Shown: piece by piece, positions 49,965-61,441 of the stretch
Layout: every line of letters starts with the position of its first letter
Position numbering within the stretch: position 1 is the first letter of the stretch
Source of the DNA: an uncultured delta proteobacterium
Lineage (GTDB): Bacteria > Desulfobacterota > Desulfomonilia > UBA1062
Direction: 5' to 3'
NCBI GenBank assembly: GCA_963798485.1
Contig: CAWCTR010000004.1
Location: 256,001 to 320,000, forward strand
Length of the DNA: 64,000 nt
Notes under the pieces: model-generated
What the model was told of the DNA's origin: nothing
Seen by the model: the letters and a program-made list of their open reading frames with translations, nothing else
The model's database searches: none
Made by a program: the position numbers and the translations under genes

Positions 49965-50008
49965 GAATGAGCATTCATTCTTATATCCTTTCTATGAAAT
50001 CATGTCAA
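49965..50008 (-). promoter_or_regulatory. sigma70 promoter with TetR/FadR-type palindromic operator
   Basis: TTGACA (50008-50003)-17 bp-TATAAG (49985-49980); GAATGA-GCAT-TCATTC at 49965-49980 over the start site. Confidence 0.7.
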
Positions 50009-50146
50009 CAGATCTTCTCGTTTTATACCATCATTTAAGAACCCCTGGCTCACGTGCATTTAATAATATGTTGTTCTTGATAGCTGTTTTATGTCATAAT
50101 TTCTCAACGGAATTACATGAAATGGAATAGAGGAGGGTATACACGT

Positions 50147-50983
50147 ATGAAGACTGAAAACGGAACATTTACGGCCCAAGACGGAACATCCATTTTCTGG
50201 AAGGCATGGCTGCCGGAAGGACACCCCAAGGCAGTGGTGCATCTCATCCATGGTTATGCAGAGCACATCGAACGATACGGCAACGTCGTGAACGAGCTGG
50301 TCCCGGAAGGGTATGCCGTCTTCGGCAATGACCACCGGGGCCACGGCAAAAGCCAGGGCAGGCGAGGCCACGTGAAGAGCTTTCAGGAGTTCATTGATGA
50401 TGAGAAGCAGTTCTCGCTTGAGGTCATCAAGGCTCGGTTTCCTGATGCCACTTATATAGTGCTCGGCCATTCCATGGGAAGCCTCATCGCCCTCAACTAT
50501 GCGGAGCAGAACCCTGAATCCCTGAAGGCGCTCGTGCTCTCCGGTACAGGGTCACAACCCGGAACGGATATTCCGAAGATCCTCATAACCCTCACCAAGG
50601 TCCTGTCCAGGATCCTGCCTGCAATACATGTGAAGTCACCGCTGCCCCCGGAGTTCATATCCAGGGATACAGAGGTGGTGAAGGCATATGTGGATGATCC
50701 CCTGGTCTTCAATGTCATAACCCCGAGGCTCGCCCATGAGATGAACAGGTACGTGGTCCTGGGCGCCCAAAATGCCTTTAAACTTAAGATGCCGGTGCTT
50801 ATCCAGCTCGGGTCACAAGACACCGCATTCTCCGGCCAGAAGGAGCTTTTCGACATGATCGGGGCCACGGACAAGACCTTCAAGCGCTATGAAGGGCTCA
50901 GGCATGAGGTCTACAACGAACTCCCGGTAGACAGGGCAAAAGTGCTGGCCGATCTGAGGACCTGGCTGGACAGCCATCTGTAG
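50147..50983 (+). CDS. Alpha/beta hydrolase, lysophospholipase/monoglyceride lipase family
   Basis: HGYAEH, DHRGHGKS, GHSMG nucleophile, HEVYNE; ATG 50147 follows GAGGAGG. Confidence 0.9.
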   Translation: MKTENGTFTAQDGTSIFWKAWLPEGHPKAVVHLIHGYAEHIERYGNVVNELVPEGYAVFGNDHRGHGKSQGRRGHVKSFQEFIDDEKQFSLEVIKARFPDATYIVLGHSMGSLIALNYAEQNPESLKALVLSGTGSQPGTDIPKILITLTKVLSRILPAIHVKSPLPPEFISRDTEVVKAYVDDPLVFNVITPRLAHEMNRYVVLGAQNAFKLKMPVLIQLGSQDTAFSGQKELFDMIGATDKTFKRYEGLRHEVYNELPVDRAKVLADLRTWLDSHL

Positions 50984-51026
50984 TGTTGGTGTGTATAAAT
51001 AATATTAAGAAGAACCTGGCATAAAC

Positions 51027-51070
51027 AAGAAAAGGCCCTTTCCATTCCTGCGGAAAGGGCCTTTTCTTTT
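51027..51070. terminator. Bidirectional intrinsic terminator
   Basis: AAGAAAAGGCCCTTTCC-N8-GGAAAGGGCCTTTTCTT between converging genes. Confidence 0.85.
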
Positions 51071-51077
51071 AATACTA

Positions 51078-52525
51078 TCAGTATCTGTAGTGATCCGACT
51101 TGAACGGACCGTCAACGCTTACGCCAAGGTACTCGGCCTGCTCTTTGGTGAGCCGGGTAAGTTTCACGCCAAGCTTGCCGAGGTGGAGCCTGGCAACCTC
51201 TTCATCAAGGAGTTTCGGCAGCGTTCTCACGCTAATTTCCCTCGGGTTTGCCCACAGGTCCATCTGGGCTAGTACCTGGTTGGTGAAGGAGTTGGACATA
51301 ACGAAGGAAGGATGTCCTGTTGCACAACCAAGGTTCACGAGGCGCCCTTCTGCAAGCAGGTAGATGCAGTGGCCGTCAGGGAAGGTATACTTGTCCACCT
51401 GTGGCTTGATGTTGAGCCTCTTGATGCCAGAAAATTTCTCGAGTTTGTCCACCTCTATCTCATCGTCAAAGTGGCCGATGTTGCACACAATGGCCTGGTC
51501 GAGCATCTTTTCCATGTGCTCAATGCGCAGTATCCTGCAGTTTCCTGTTGCCGTGACAAAGATATTGGCCTCAGCCAGTGCGTCTTCGACCGTTGCTACC
51601 TCAAACCCCTCCATGGCGGCCTGCAGGGCACAGATGGGGTCGATCTCGGTGATGATCACCCGGGCGCCGAACCCGCGCATGGACTGGGCGCAGCCCTTGC
51701 CCACGTCGCCATATCCACACACGCACACTACCTTGCCCGCCACCATGACATCCGTGGCGCGCTTGATGCCGTCGGCCAGCGACTCGCGGCATCCATAGAG
51801 GTTGTCGAACTTGCTCTTGGTTACCGAGTCGTTCACGTTGATGGCAGGGAAGAGGAGTGTCTTGTTTTCCAACATCTGATAGAGCCTGTGAACGCCGGTA
51901 GTGGTCTCCTCGGACACGCCCCTTATCTCTTTGGCGGTGCGGTGCCAGAAGGTCGGGTCATCTTTGAGCCTGCGCTTGATCGTGGCATTGATGATGGCGA
52001 TTTCCTTGTTGTCGGTGGGTTGATCCAGGATAGTGGAGTCCTCTTCGGCCTGGTAACCGCGGTGCACCATGAGGGTGGCATCTCCGCCGTCGTCCACGAT
52101 GAGGTTCGGACCCTTGCCGCCCGGGAATGTCAGGGCCTCCAGGGTGCAAGCCCAGTACTCCTCGAGGCTCTCCCCCTTCCAGGCGTACACGGGGATCCCG
52201 CATGAGGCTATGGCCGCAGCGGCATGGTCCTGGGTGGAGAAGATGTTGCATGATGCCCATCTGACATTAGCACCGAGCTGCTTGAGGGTTTCTATGAGCA
52301 CGGCCGTCTGGATGGTCATGTGCAAAGAGCCGCAGATCCGTGCCCCCTTCAGGGGTTGCCCTGGTACATATTTTTTCCTCAATGCCATGAGGCCCGGCAT
52401 CTCGTGCTCTGCGATTACGATCTCCTTCCTGCCAAAGTCGGATTGCGAAATATCAGCCACCTTGCAGCTCATGCCGCAGTAATCCGGCAGGCTTCTTGGT
52501 TCCGGCTTTTTCATCTTTTCACCCA

Positions 52526-52526
<1 letters not shown>
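51078..52526 (-). CDS. ahcY: S-adenosylhomocysteine hydrolase
   Basis: [49 protein letters not shown]. Confidence 0.97.
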
Positions 52527-53695
<1,169 letters not shown>

Positions 53696-53816
53696 TTTAA
53701 TACTCCTCCTGTTTCTTAAGTATTTGCGTCATGGTAAGACGACTTGTACGAGTGGTAATCCGCATGTTCTCCTTTGTATGAAGCCATGGTCTTGAGCAGA
53801 TAAGCCCTTTTGTATA

Positions 53817-55211
53817 TTAGCCCTTCCTCGTCAGTCCTAGGTATTCGGCAATCTCGGATGCGCTTCCGTTGAGCGTCACCGGTGTGTTCTTCAGCTCTTC
53901 TTTTGTCGTAATCCCGTATTCGGGACCGAAGGCATCATCAAAATACAGCTGCTGGAACGAGGCGAACTTGAGCTGGTGTGAGGTGGAATCCACTACAAAC
54001 CTGCCCCCAGAAGGGATCAGCCTTTCGTGAAGCGCCTTCTTCAGGCCTGCAACTGACTCGCCCCCTTGGGTGCAGACAACGTGTCCGTGCCTGTTGGTTG
54101 TGAGCATGCCTTCCATGATCTCGTTCTCGGTGACCGAGATGACAAAGAACCTGTCATTGAACTGTTTCTCGACAAGCTGAGATACCTTGGGGAATGACAC
54201 CGGGTCTCCGATCATGGCGGCCTGGGCCACCGAAGGGGTTACCTTCAAGGGGACGAACCGGCCTGTGGCCCGCCAGCGGGCTACCGGGTCGGCATGATGG
54301 CTCTGTACACCAAGGATTGTGGGCAGCTCCGAGATGATCCCAAGTTCATGAAGGTCTGCGAAACCCTCCATGACCGCAGTGATGTTGCCAGCATTGCCTA
54401 TGGGGACTACAACGGTGAGGCCGGCCGTATCCCAATCGAGCTGCTGGGCGATCTCATAGGCATAGGTCTTCTGCCCGAGGATCCGCGCCGGATTCTTCGA
54501 GTTCAGAAGAAACACGTTATACTCCTGGGCAAGTTCCTCCACCACGCGCATACAGTCGTCGAATACGCCCGGCATCTCGATCACCTGTGCCCCGGAACCG
54601 AGCGGCTGGGACAACTGTTGCCAGGTAACCTTGCCCTTGGGCAGAAGCACTACAGCCCTTACCTTGGATTTTGGAAGATAGCTCAGATACAACGCTGCAG
54701 CGGCTGAGGTGTCGCCCGTAGAGGCGCAGATGCCGAGCACGTCATGAAGGTTTTTAACCCGGATGATATGATTGAGGAAGGATATGGCCGATGCCATGCC
54801 CCTGTCTTTGAAGCTGGCGGATGGATTCAGCCCGTCATTCTTCACAAAAAACGGCGCGCCTACCCACTCGCTCAGCTCAGGATTCGCCTTGACTATGGGG
54901 GTCTGGCCTTCCCCCAGATAGATGATATCTTTAAGCGGTACGATGGGCAGGATCAGCTCATGGAAGCGGAAGACACCCTGGATCTCCAGGACATTGCTGT
55001 TTCTTCGTTCATCGAAGATCTTTTTCCAGGTCTTTGGCGGTGTTGCCTTCAGGTCGCTGAAGGCGGTGTTCTCGATCCTCAGGAGTGATTTGCAGGAAGG
55101 GCAGGTGTAGATGAAGTCATAAATATCATAGCGCGCTCCGCACCCTATGCATGCATAGACCAAGTCTCCCTTTGTCTCAGGCATGTATGGTTCGGACATT
55201 TCCGGCATCAC
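53817..55211 (-). CDS. thrC: Threonine synthase
   Basis: [11 protein letters not shown] (PLP Lys), [18 protein letters not shown]; N-terminal CxxC...CxxC. Confidence 0.92.
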   Translation of the reverse strand: MMPEMSEPYMPETKGDLVYACIGCGARYDIYDFIYTCPSCKSLLRIENTAFSDLKATPPKTWKKIFDERRNSNVLEIQGVFRFHELILPIVPLKDIIYLGEGQTPIVKANPELSEWVGAPFFVKNDGLNPSASFKDRGMASAISFLNHIIRVKNLHDVLGICASTGDTSAAAALYLSYLPKSKVRAVVLLPKGKVTWQQLSQPLGSGAQVIEMPGVFDDCMRVVEELAQEYNVFLLNSKNPARILGQKTYAYEIAQQLDWDTAGLTVVVPIGNAGNITAVMEGFADLHELGIISELPTILGVQSHHADPVARWRATGRFVPLKVTPSVAQAAMIGDPVSFPKVSQLVEKQFNDRFFVISVTENEIMEGMLTTNRHGHVVCTQGGESVAGLKKALHERLIPSGGRFVVDSTSHQLKFASFQQLYFDDAFGPEYGITTKEELKNTPVTLNGSASEIAEYLGLTRKG

Positions 55212-55317
55212 TTCCTCTTCAATCTATAAAGGCCCCCAACTGTATAATAGGCTATTGACTTTATCAATACTTTTTTGGCATCTTATCGGCTTATTTCTTG
55301 AATCTGGGAGAGAATAC

Positions 55318-56208
55318 ATGGATACCCTCAATAACATTGAAGTGCCATCCGGAAAGAAATTGGGAAGCGGTAAGGTCAGGGAGATATTCGCAGCAGGCGA
55401 TGAACATCTTCTTATCGTCACCACCGACCGGATTTCCGCCTTTGACGTGATCCTGCCCGACCCTATCCCAGCAAAAGGCCGTGTCTTAAATCAGCTTTCG
55501 TTGTTCTGGTTTGAAAAGGGGTCATCCATCATCAAAAACCACGTGGTAACTTTCGATGTAAACGCATACCCGGAGCCATTTAAGGGCGACACACGTTTGC
55601 ACGGCAGGTCCATGCTGGTAAAGAAAACCAGACCACTGCCCGTGGAATGCATCGTAAGGGGCTACCTCTCCGGATCGGGTTGGAAAGAGTATCTTAATGG
55701 CGGGTCCGTGTCCGGGATAAAGCTCCCTGCTTCACTGAAAGAATCAGACCGTTTGCCTGAACCGATCTTCACGCCCTCCACCAAGGCCGAAATCGGCCAG
55801 CATGACCTCAACATCGATATGAAGGCCGCCGGTGACCTCGTGGGACACGACCTTATAGAAAGGGTAAAGAGCGTATCCCTTTCCACCTACTCCATGGCCG
55901 CGGCCCATGCATTGGAAAAAGGGATCATCATTGCTGATACGAAATTCGAGTTTGGACTTATGGATGGCGAGCTCATCTGGATCGACGAGGCCCTCACGCC
56001 TGACTCTTCCAGGTTCTGGCCGGCCGATGCATATAAACCCGGCGGGGCGCAGCCGAGCTTTGACAAGCAGTTCGTGCGAGACTACCTGGAGACGCTGGAC
56101 TGGAACAAGACCGCGCCAGGGCCGAGCCTGCCCCAGGACATTATCCAAAAGACCTCTCAGAAGTACATTGCCGCCTATGAGCAACTGACCGGGAAAGTAT
56201 TTGCATAA
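55318..56208 (+). CDS. purC: SAICAR synthetase
   Basis: [55 protein letters not shown]; start placed at ATG 55318. Confidence 0.96.
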   Translation: MDTLNNIEVPSGKKLGSGKVREIFAAGDEHLLIVTTDRISAFDVILPDPIPAKGRVLNQLSLFWFEKGSSIIKNHVVTFDVNAYPEPFKGDTRLHGRSMLVKKTRPLPVECIVRGYLSGSGWKEYLNGGSVSGIKLPASLKESDRLPEPIFTPSTKAEIGQHDLNIDMKAAGDLVGHDLIERVKSVSLSTYSMAAAHALEKGIIIADTKFEFGLMDGELIWIDEALTPDSSRFWPADAYKPGGAQPSFDKQFVRDYLETLDWNKTAPGPSLPQDIIQKTSQKYIAAYEQLTGKVFA

Positions 56209-56260
56209 GATCCGGTTCACATTTCAACGAACGATCCCGCATTAGAGACAACTATGTAAT

Positions 56261-56293
56261 AAAAACCACCACCTTAAAAGGCGGCGGTTTTTT
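56261..56293 (-). terminator. Intrinsic terminator, best formed on the minus strand
   Basis: Minus AAAAAACCGCCGCC-TTTTAA-GGTGGTGGTTTTT pairs with two G-U wobbles (A-C mismatches on plus); may also serve purC. Confidence 0.75.
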
Positions 56294-56486
56294 GAAGAAG
56301 GAGGATGGTATGTCTTTGATGCCGGAGGTCTTACCTTTCTAAAGAGGAGATGCCGGGGGTACCGAACAACAGGACTGCGCGGCTCACTTTTTTTAGTTTC
56401 ATCATTTAACCTAATGGTTGATTAGCCCGCTTAGGTATCCGTTCCTTCGAGTACCCCAGCTGTTCTCCCTAAGAAAGGTATCGGCA
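56261..56486 (-). ncRNA. Candidate structured non-coding RNA (long irregular hairpin plus CU-rich tail)
   Basis: Nested complementary blocks across 56320-56486, with G-U pairs on the minus strand that would be mismatches on plus, followed by a minus-strand terminator. Confidence 0.55.
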
Positions 56487-56557
56487 ATTATGTCGATTGC
56501 TTAAGGTGGTTTCTTTAAAAAAACTGCATGATCTTCAGGAAGGAGATCTTTTGGCCG

Positions 56558-57244
56558 TCATCTCACGGTCTTGTAATCGCCTTGGGTAGTCAGGAGATTG
56601 TTCACCCAGTTCCGGGCAGACGCCGATACCTCACCGAAGGGTATCGGGTGCCCGGTCATCAGGTCCACCAAATGCTTCAGTATGCGTGCCGTGGCGCCCC
56701 ATACCACACCGCCCTCAATCTCGATGAAATAGATATTGATACCTTTACCCCGGAAGGTTGTCCTTTCCGCCATCCAGGCCGATTCGCTCATGGCCTTTCT
56801 CAGGGGCACCAGCAGGAGGATCTCGGATTCGCTGTTTATCCGGAAGTCGTATGGATACGGAATGGTTCCAACCACCGGTGTGATGTGAAACCCGACAATG
56901 GAGATATGGTCATCCAGCAGACCCAGGACGTCCACATCTTCCCGGCTGAGACCTATCTCTTCTTCGGCCTCCCGCAGTGCTGTCTGCACTAAACCCTTAT
57001 CGCTTGACTCAACCCTTCCACCCGGGAAGCAGATCTCGCCCTTGTGGTGTTCCACGTCCATGGAGCGCATGGTGACAACCACCTGGGGTTCACCATCCTT
57101 CCAGCACAGGGGCAGCAGGACGGCAGACTCCTTGAGGTCTTCTTGGGGGATGATCCGTCTCTTGTGCTGCGACAGGATGGTTCGAATGTATTCTTTCAAT
57201 CCCGGCTCATCACCGAGAAGCTCATTAATAACGGTATCGTGCAT
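56558..57244 (-). CDS. Nudix hydrolase, CoA pyrophosphatase family
   Basis: SAVLLPL, HKGEICFPGG, ALREAEEEIGL, VWGATA. Confidence 0.92.
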   Translation of the reverse strand: MHDTVINELLGDEPGLKEYIRTILSQHKRRIIPQEDLKESAVLLPLCWKDGEPQVVVTMRSMDVEHHKGEICFPGGRVESSDKGLVQTALREAEEEIGLSREDVDVLGLLDDHISIVGFHITPVVGTIPYPYDFRINSESEILLLVPLRKAMSESAWMAERTTFRGKGINIYFIEIEGGVVWGATARILKHLVDLMTGHPIPFGEVSASARNWVNNLLTTQGDYKTVR

Positions 57245-57321
57245 GGATGATTATGTTACCACAAAGACCTTGCCATGAACAGGCTTGACCATCAAAGGAC
57301 TTGCTGTATATGATACCATAC

Positions 57322-57909
57322 ATGAGAAACAAAGGTTCCATCAAGAACTACATTGTCCTCATCAGAGACTTGGTGAGCGATGTGGATATCCTCCTGGATG
57401 ACGATATTGAGCACGATTCGTCGCACAGGTGGAAGGAACGTGCTGCGATCATCTTGGGAAAGATCCTCGGCAGGGATCACACCTATGTAAGGCAATTCGA
57501 GAAGATCGAGTTCAGCACGCCATTCTTCGACGATTTTGATGAGTTCATGGAGGAGGACACCTTCCGTCTCGCACTGGAGGATGCCAGATCATTCCTCATC
57601 TCGCTCATAGACGAACTCGAGAGCGAGCACAACTGCACACCCGGCCTCATGGACATGGAAAGCCTGTTCGCTGAGATGAACCGGTATGTCCTTGCGCGGG
57701 TGGGGGACCCGAAGACACGCTCAAGCCTCCACAACCGGATCACCAGGCTGAGAAACGGCATGATGTCGGGCGAGATCTCGGGTGATGAGGTGCGGTATCA
57801 CATGGAGCACATCGGATTCCTTGATTCCGGGCTCTATGAGCGCATTGTACCGCTTGTGACATGGTATTACATTCAAGGGGCAGGTCTTAAAGGGGCACAC
57901 AACAACTAA
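57322..57909 (+). CDS. Hypothetical protein
   Basis: Long ORF with host-like codon usage, divergent from nudix and upstream of purH; start uncertain (57301-57322). Confidence 0.7.
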   Translation: MRNKGSIKNYIVLIRDLVSDVDILLDDDIEHDSSHRWKERAAIILGKILGRDHTYVRQFEKIEFSTPFFDDFDEFMEEDTFRLALEDARSFLISLIDELESEHNCTPGLMDMESLFAEMNRYVLARVGDPKTRSSLHNRITRLRNGMMSGEISGDEVRYHMEHIGFLDSGLYERIVPLVTWYYIQGAGLKGAHNN

Positions 57910-57960
57910 CCCGGCTCACGCCTCCCTTATACATTCATTATTCCAAGGAAAGGAGTTCAC

Positions 57961-59532
57961 ATGGCAAAAATCACAAGGGTCCTTGTGAGCGTAACGGACA
58001 AGACGGGTATTGTAGATTTCATGAAAGAGCTCGCCCCATTCGGCGTGGAGATCATCTCCACCGGGGGTACGGCCAAGACGCTTCATAACAGCGGCATCAA
58101 GGTGGTTGACATCTCCGAGTACACGGGCTTTCCCGAGATGATGGACGGCAGGCTCAAGACCCTGCATCCCCTTGTGCACGGCGGCATGCTGGCCATCCGC
58201 GACAATGCCGAGCATGTCGCGGCGATGAAAAAGCACGGCATCAAGCCCATTGATATGCTCGTGGTCAACCTATACCGTTTCGAGGAGACGATTGCCAAGG
58301 GCGCATCGCTGGACGAGGCCATCGAGAATATCGACATCGGCGGGCCTGCCATGGTGAGGGCAGCCTCCAAGAACTACAAGTATGTGTCCGTAGTGACCGA
58401 CACCGCCAACTATGCAAAGATCATCGCCGAGATGAAACAGTCCGGCGGCTCAGTGAGCGAGAAGACCAACTTCGAGCTCGCCAGGGACGCCTTCTCGCTG
58501 ACCGCGCGTTATGATGCCGCCATCTCCAACTACCTCCAGGGCATTGATGTCGAGGAAGGACAGTTCCCGCTCACCTACACCGTCCAGTACAAACGCTCTC
58601 AGATCATGCGTTATGGTGAAAATCCCCACCAGAAGGCCGCCTTCTACAGCGAGCCCAATGTGGACCAGCCCTCCATATCCAGCGCGGACCAGCTCTGGGG
58701 CAAGGAGCTCTCATACAACAATATCATGGACTCCGATGCGGCCCTTGACCTCATCATGGAATTCGATAAGCCTGCGTGCGTGATCCTCAAGCACTCCAAC
58801 CCCTGCGGGGCTGCACAATCGACAAGCTCGCTGGCCGAGGCATACCGTAAGGCCCTGGCCGTGGACACTACATCGGCCTTCGGCGGCATTGTGGGACTGA
58901 ACCGGGTCGTGGATGTGGACACGGCCAAGGCCATCGGGGAGATCTTCACCGAGGTTGTGGTGGCGCCAGGATATACCCCTGAGGCCCTTGCCCTTCTTGA
59001 GGCGAAGAAGAATATCCGCTTACTGAAGGTCCCGGATATTGCCCAGGGGATAAAGGCGAAAAAGCAGATGCTCTCCTCACGGAGGGTAACCGGTGGCCTG
59101 CTCCTCCAGGAACGCGACCTGGGCGACATTGACCTTGCCAAGGCCCAGGTGGTTACCAAGCGCCAACCCACCGCCCTTGAGATGGAGGCATTGAAGTTTG
59201 CATGGCGCATCGTGAAGTATGTCAAATCGAACGCGGTGATCTATGCCACCGCCGACCAGCTTGTCGGTGTGGGCGCAGGCCAGATGAGCCGGGTGGACTC
59301 GTCGAAGCTGGCCATCATCAAGGCTGCCAACGCCGGTTTGTCCACCAAGGGTACGGTTGTGGCGTCCGATGCCTTCTTCCCCTTCCGTGACGGCATCGAC
59401 GAGGCCGCCAAGGCCGGCGCTACGGCTGTTGTGCAGCCGGGCGGATCAGTGCGCGACCAGGAGGTCATTGCCGCGGCAGACGAGCATGATATGGCTATGA
59501 TCTTTACCGGCATGCGCCACTTCAGACACTAG
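57961..59532 (+). CDS. purH: AICAR transformylase/IMP cyclohydrolase
   Basis: [43 protein letters not shown]. Confidence 0.97.
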   Translation: MAKITRVLVSVTDKTGIVDFMKELAPFGVEIISTGGTAKTLHNSGIKVVDISEYTGFPEMMDGRLKTLHPLVHGGMLAIRDNAEHVAAMKKHGIKPIDMLVVNLYRFEETIAKGASLDEAIENIDIGGPAMVRAASKNYKYVSVVTDTANYAKIIAEMKQSGGSVSEKTNFELARDAFSLTARYDAAISNYLQGIDVEEGQFPLTYTVQYKRSQIMRYGENPHQKAAFYSEPNVDQPSISSADQLWGKELSYNNIMDSDAALDLIMEFDKPACVILKHSNPCGAAQSTSSLAEAYRKALAVDTTSAFGGIVGLNRVVDVDTAKAIGEIFTEVVVAPGYTPEALALLEAKKNIRLLKVPDIAQGIKAKKQMLSSRRVTGGLLLQERDLGDIDLAKAQVVTKRQPTALEMEALKFAWRIVKYVKSNAVIYATADQLVGVGAGQMSRVDSSKLAIIKAANAGLSTKGTVVASDAFFPFRDGIDEAAKAGATAVVQPGGSVRDQEVIAAADEHDMAMIFTGMRHFRH

Positions 59533-59543
59533 GGGGTATATCG

Positions 59544-60824
59544 ATGCGGGTGCTGGTGGTTGGTTCGGGCGGAAGGGAGCATACCCTGTGCTGGAAGATC
59601 GCACAAAGCAGCCTGGTGGACGAGGTGTTCTGCGCCCCGGGTAACGGTGGTATTGCGCAAAGCGCCATCTGCATCAACCTTGGGGCCGATGATATTGCAG
59701 GGCTTCTGCGGTTCGCCAAATACAATGGAATTGATCTAACCATAGTCGGCCCCGAGGCGCCTTTGACCAATGGAATTGTAGATGCCTTCCTATCAGAAGG
59801 CCTTGCCGTCTTCGGTCCGGACAAGGCTGCAGCAGCACTCGAAGGCTCCAAGTCCTTTGCCAAAGACGTGATGAAGGCTTATGATATCCCCACTGCCCAA
59901 TACGGGGTCTTCTCTGATGCCCAGGCTGCCAGCGATTATATCCGGGATGCCGGATTCAATGTGGTGGTCAAGGCCGACGGCCTGGCAGCAGGCAAGGGCG
60001 TCCTCGTGACCTCTTCAAAGGAAGAGGCCTATGCAGCCATAGATGAGGTCATGGTGAAGAGGTCTTTCGGCGATGCCGGGAACCAGGCTGTCATCGAGGA
60101 ACTGCTCGAAGGAGAGGAGGCCTCTTTCATCGCCATCTGCGACGGCGAGAACGTGCTGCCGCTCGCCTCGTCCCAGGACCACAAAAGGGTCTTAGACCAT
60201 GACAAGGGGCCCAACACGGGGGGAATGGGGGCATACTCGCCCGCTGGAATAGTGGATGATGCAATGACCAGCACTGTAATGGAAAAGATCCTTTACCCTC
60301 TGGTGGCAGGACTCAGGAGGCGGGGCATCACCTATAAGGGTGTCATTTATGCAGGCCTCATGATAACTCCATCCGGTCCGTCAGTGCTCGAGTTCAACGT
60401 GCGTATGGGCGACCCTGAAACCCAGCCTCTGCTTATGCGGTGCAAGAACGACATCGTGCCTGTGCTCCTGGAAGTGGCAAAGGGCGGGAGTATAAGAGAC
60501 TACAGGCTCGAATGGGAAGACGGTCCCGGCGTGTGCGTGGTCATGACCTCGGGCGGATACCCCGGCTCCATCGAGAAGGGCAAGATGATCAGCGGCATCG
60601 AGAATGCGGACAAGATCGAAGGGGTAAAGGTCTTTCATGCCGGCACCAGGATTCAGGGCAACGCCTTTGTCACTACCGGAGGCAGGGTACTGGGAGTGAC
60701 GGCTGTGGGGGGCGATCTGAAAGATGCCATTGCCAAGGCATACCAGGGGGTATCACTCATCTCATTTGAGAAGATGCATTACCGCAAAGATATCGGGCAC
60801 AAGGCCCTGAAGAGGTTGTCATGA
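59544..60824 (+). CDS. purD: Phosphoribosylamine-glycine ligase
   Basis: GSGGREH, KADGLAAGKGV, GPNTGGMGAY, EFNVRMGDPETQ. Confidence 0.97.
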   Translation: MRVLVVGSGGREHTLCWKIAQSSLVDEVFCAPGNGGIAQSAICINLGADDIAGLLRFAKYNGIDLTIVGPEAPLTNGIVDAFLSEGLAVFGPDKAAAALEGSKSFAKDVMKAYDIPTAQYGVFSDAQAASDYIRDAGFNVVVKADGLAAGKGVLVTSSKEEAYAAIDEVMVKRSFGDAGNQAVIEELLEGEEASFIAICDGENVLPLASSQDHKRVLDHDKGPNTGGMGAYSPAGIVDDAMTSTVMEKILYPLVAGLRRRGITYKGVIYAGLMITPSGPSVLEFNVRMGDPETQPLLMRCKNDIVPVLLEVAKGGSIRDYRLEWEDGPGVCVVMTSGGYPGSIEKGKMISGIENADKIEGVKVFHAGTRIQGNAFVTTGGRVLGVTAVGGDLKDAIAKAYQGVSLISFEKMHYRKDIGHKALKRLS

Positions 60825-61309
60825 AAGTAGCTGTTCTCATGGGAAGCAAGTCAGACCTTACGGTCATGGAAGAGAGCGCGGCCACCCTGAAGCAGTTCGG
60901 GCTTGACTGCGAGATGCGTATCATGTCTGCGCACCGTACCCCTGAAGAGGTCCTGGCCTTCAGCAAGGATGCAAAGACAAACGGGTTCTCCGTTATCATC
61001 GCAGGCGCCGGCATGGCTGCGCACCTTGCAGGGGTTATTGCTGCGCACACCACGCTGCCTGTCATCGGGGTGCCCATTGCCTCTTCATCGCTTGGCGGCC
61101 TTGATGCCCTGCTCGCCATGGTGCAGATGCCCCCCGGGGTGCCGGTTGCCACCATGGGCATCGGTAAGGCAGGTGCAAAGAACGCGGCCTTGCTGGCCGT
61201 CGAGATCCTCGCGCTGAATGATGAAGCCTTAAGGAAGAGACTAGCCCAGTATCGCTCAGACATGCGCAAGACCGTGCTGGAAGAGGACGACAGCATCAAG
61301 AATTCCTGA
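60821..61309 (+). CDS. purE: N5-CAIR mutase/AIR carboxylase
   Basis: MGSKSD, SAHRTP, AGMAAHLAG, QMPPGVPVAT. Confidence 0.96.
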   Translation: MKVAVLMGSKSDLTVMEESAATLKQFGLDCEMRIMSAHRTPEEVLAFSKDAKTNGFSVIIAGAGMAAHLAGVIAAHTTLPVIGVPIASSSLGGLDALLAMVQMPPGVPVATMGIGKAGAKNAALLAVEILALNDEALRKRLAQYRSDMRKTVLEEDDSIKNS

Positions 61310-61360
61310 GAATTCCACAATAGTGATGTGTAAACTATGTTCGGTCTTTACACAATGAAT

Positions 61361-61398
61361 CCCTTCTCCCCTTGCGGGAGAGGGTGAGGGTGAGGGGG
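61361..61398 (+). repeat. REP-like palindromic element
   Basis: CCCTTCTCCC-CTTGC-GGGAGAGGG-TGAGGGTGAGGGG resembles the widespread CCCTCTCCC...GGGAGAGGG...GGGTGAGGG REP class. Confidence 0.6.
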
Positions 61399-61441
61399 CC
61401 GTTCTAATCCTAGCCCCACCGTTTTGGAGGAAGCTTAATCA

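Noticed and set aside
53696-53816. SAM-I riboswitch upstream of metK
   Set aside because: CTTATC is present, but the AGAG/kink-turn/GCAACC/GTGC core and terminator are absent
55183-55317. N-terminal extension of PurC in the ORF track
   Set aside because: Spans the divergent thrC/purC promoter region; homology begins near ATG 55318
56297-56342. Plus-strand 10-aa ORF MSLMPEVLPF behind AAGGAGG
   Set aside because: Lies immediately after a terminator with no promoter; G-U pairing favours the minus strand, where this motif reads as an anti-SD tail
56320-56486. Identification of the hairpin as 6S or SRP RNA
   Set aside because: No symmetric central bubble or zapA/ygfA context for 6S and no SRP GGAA tetraloop domain; kept as an unknown RNA
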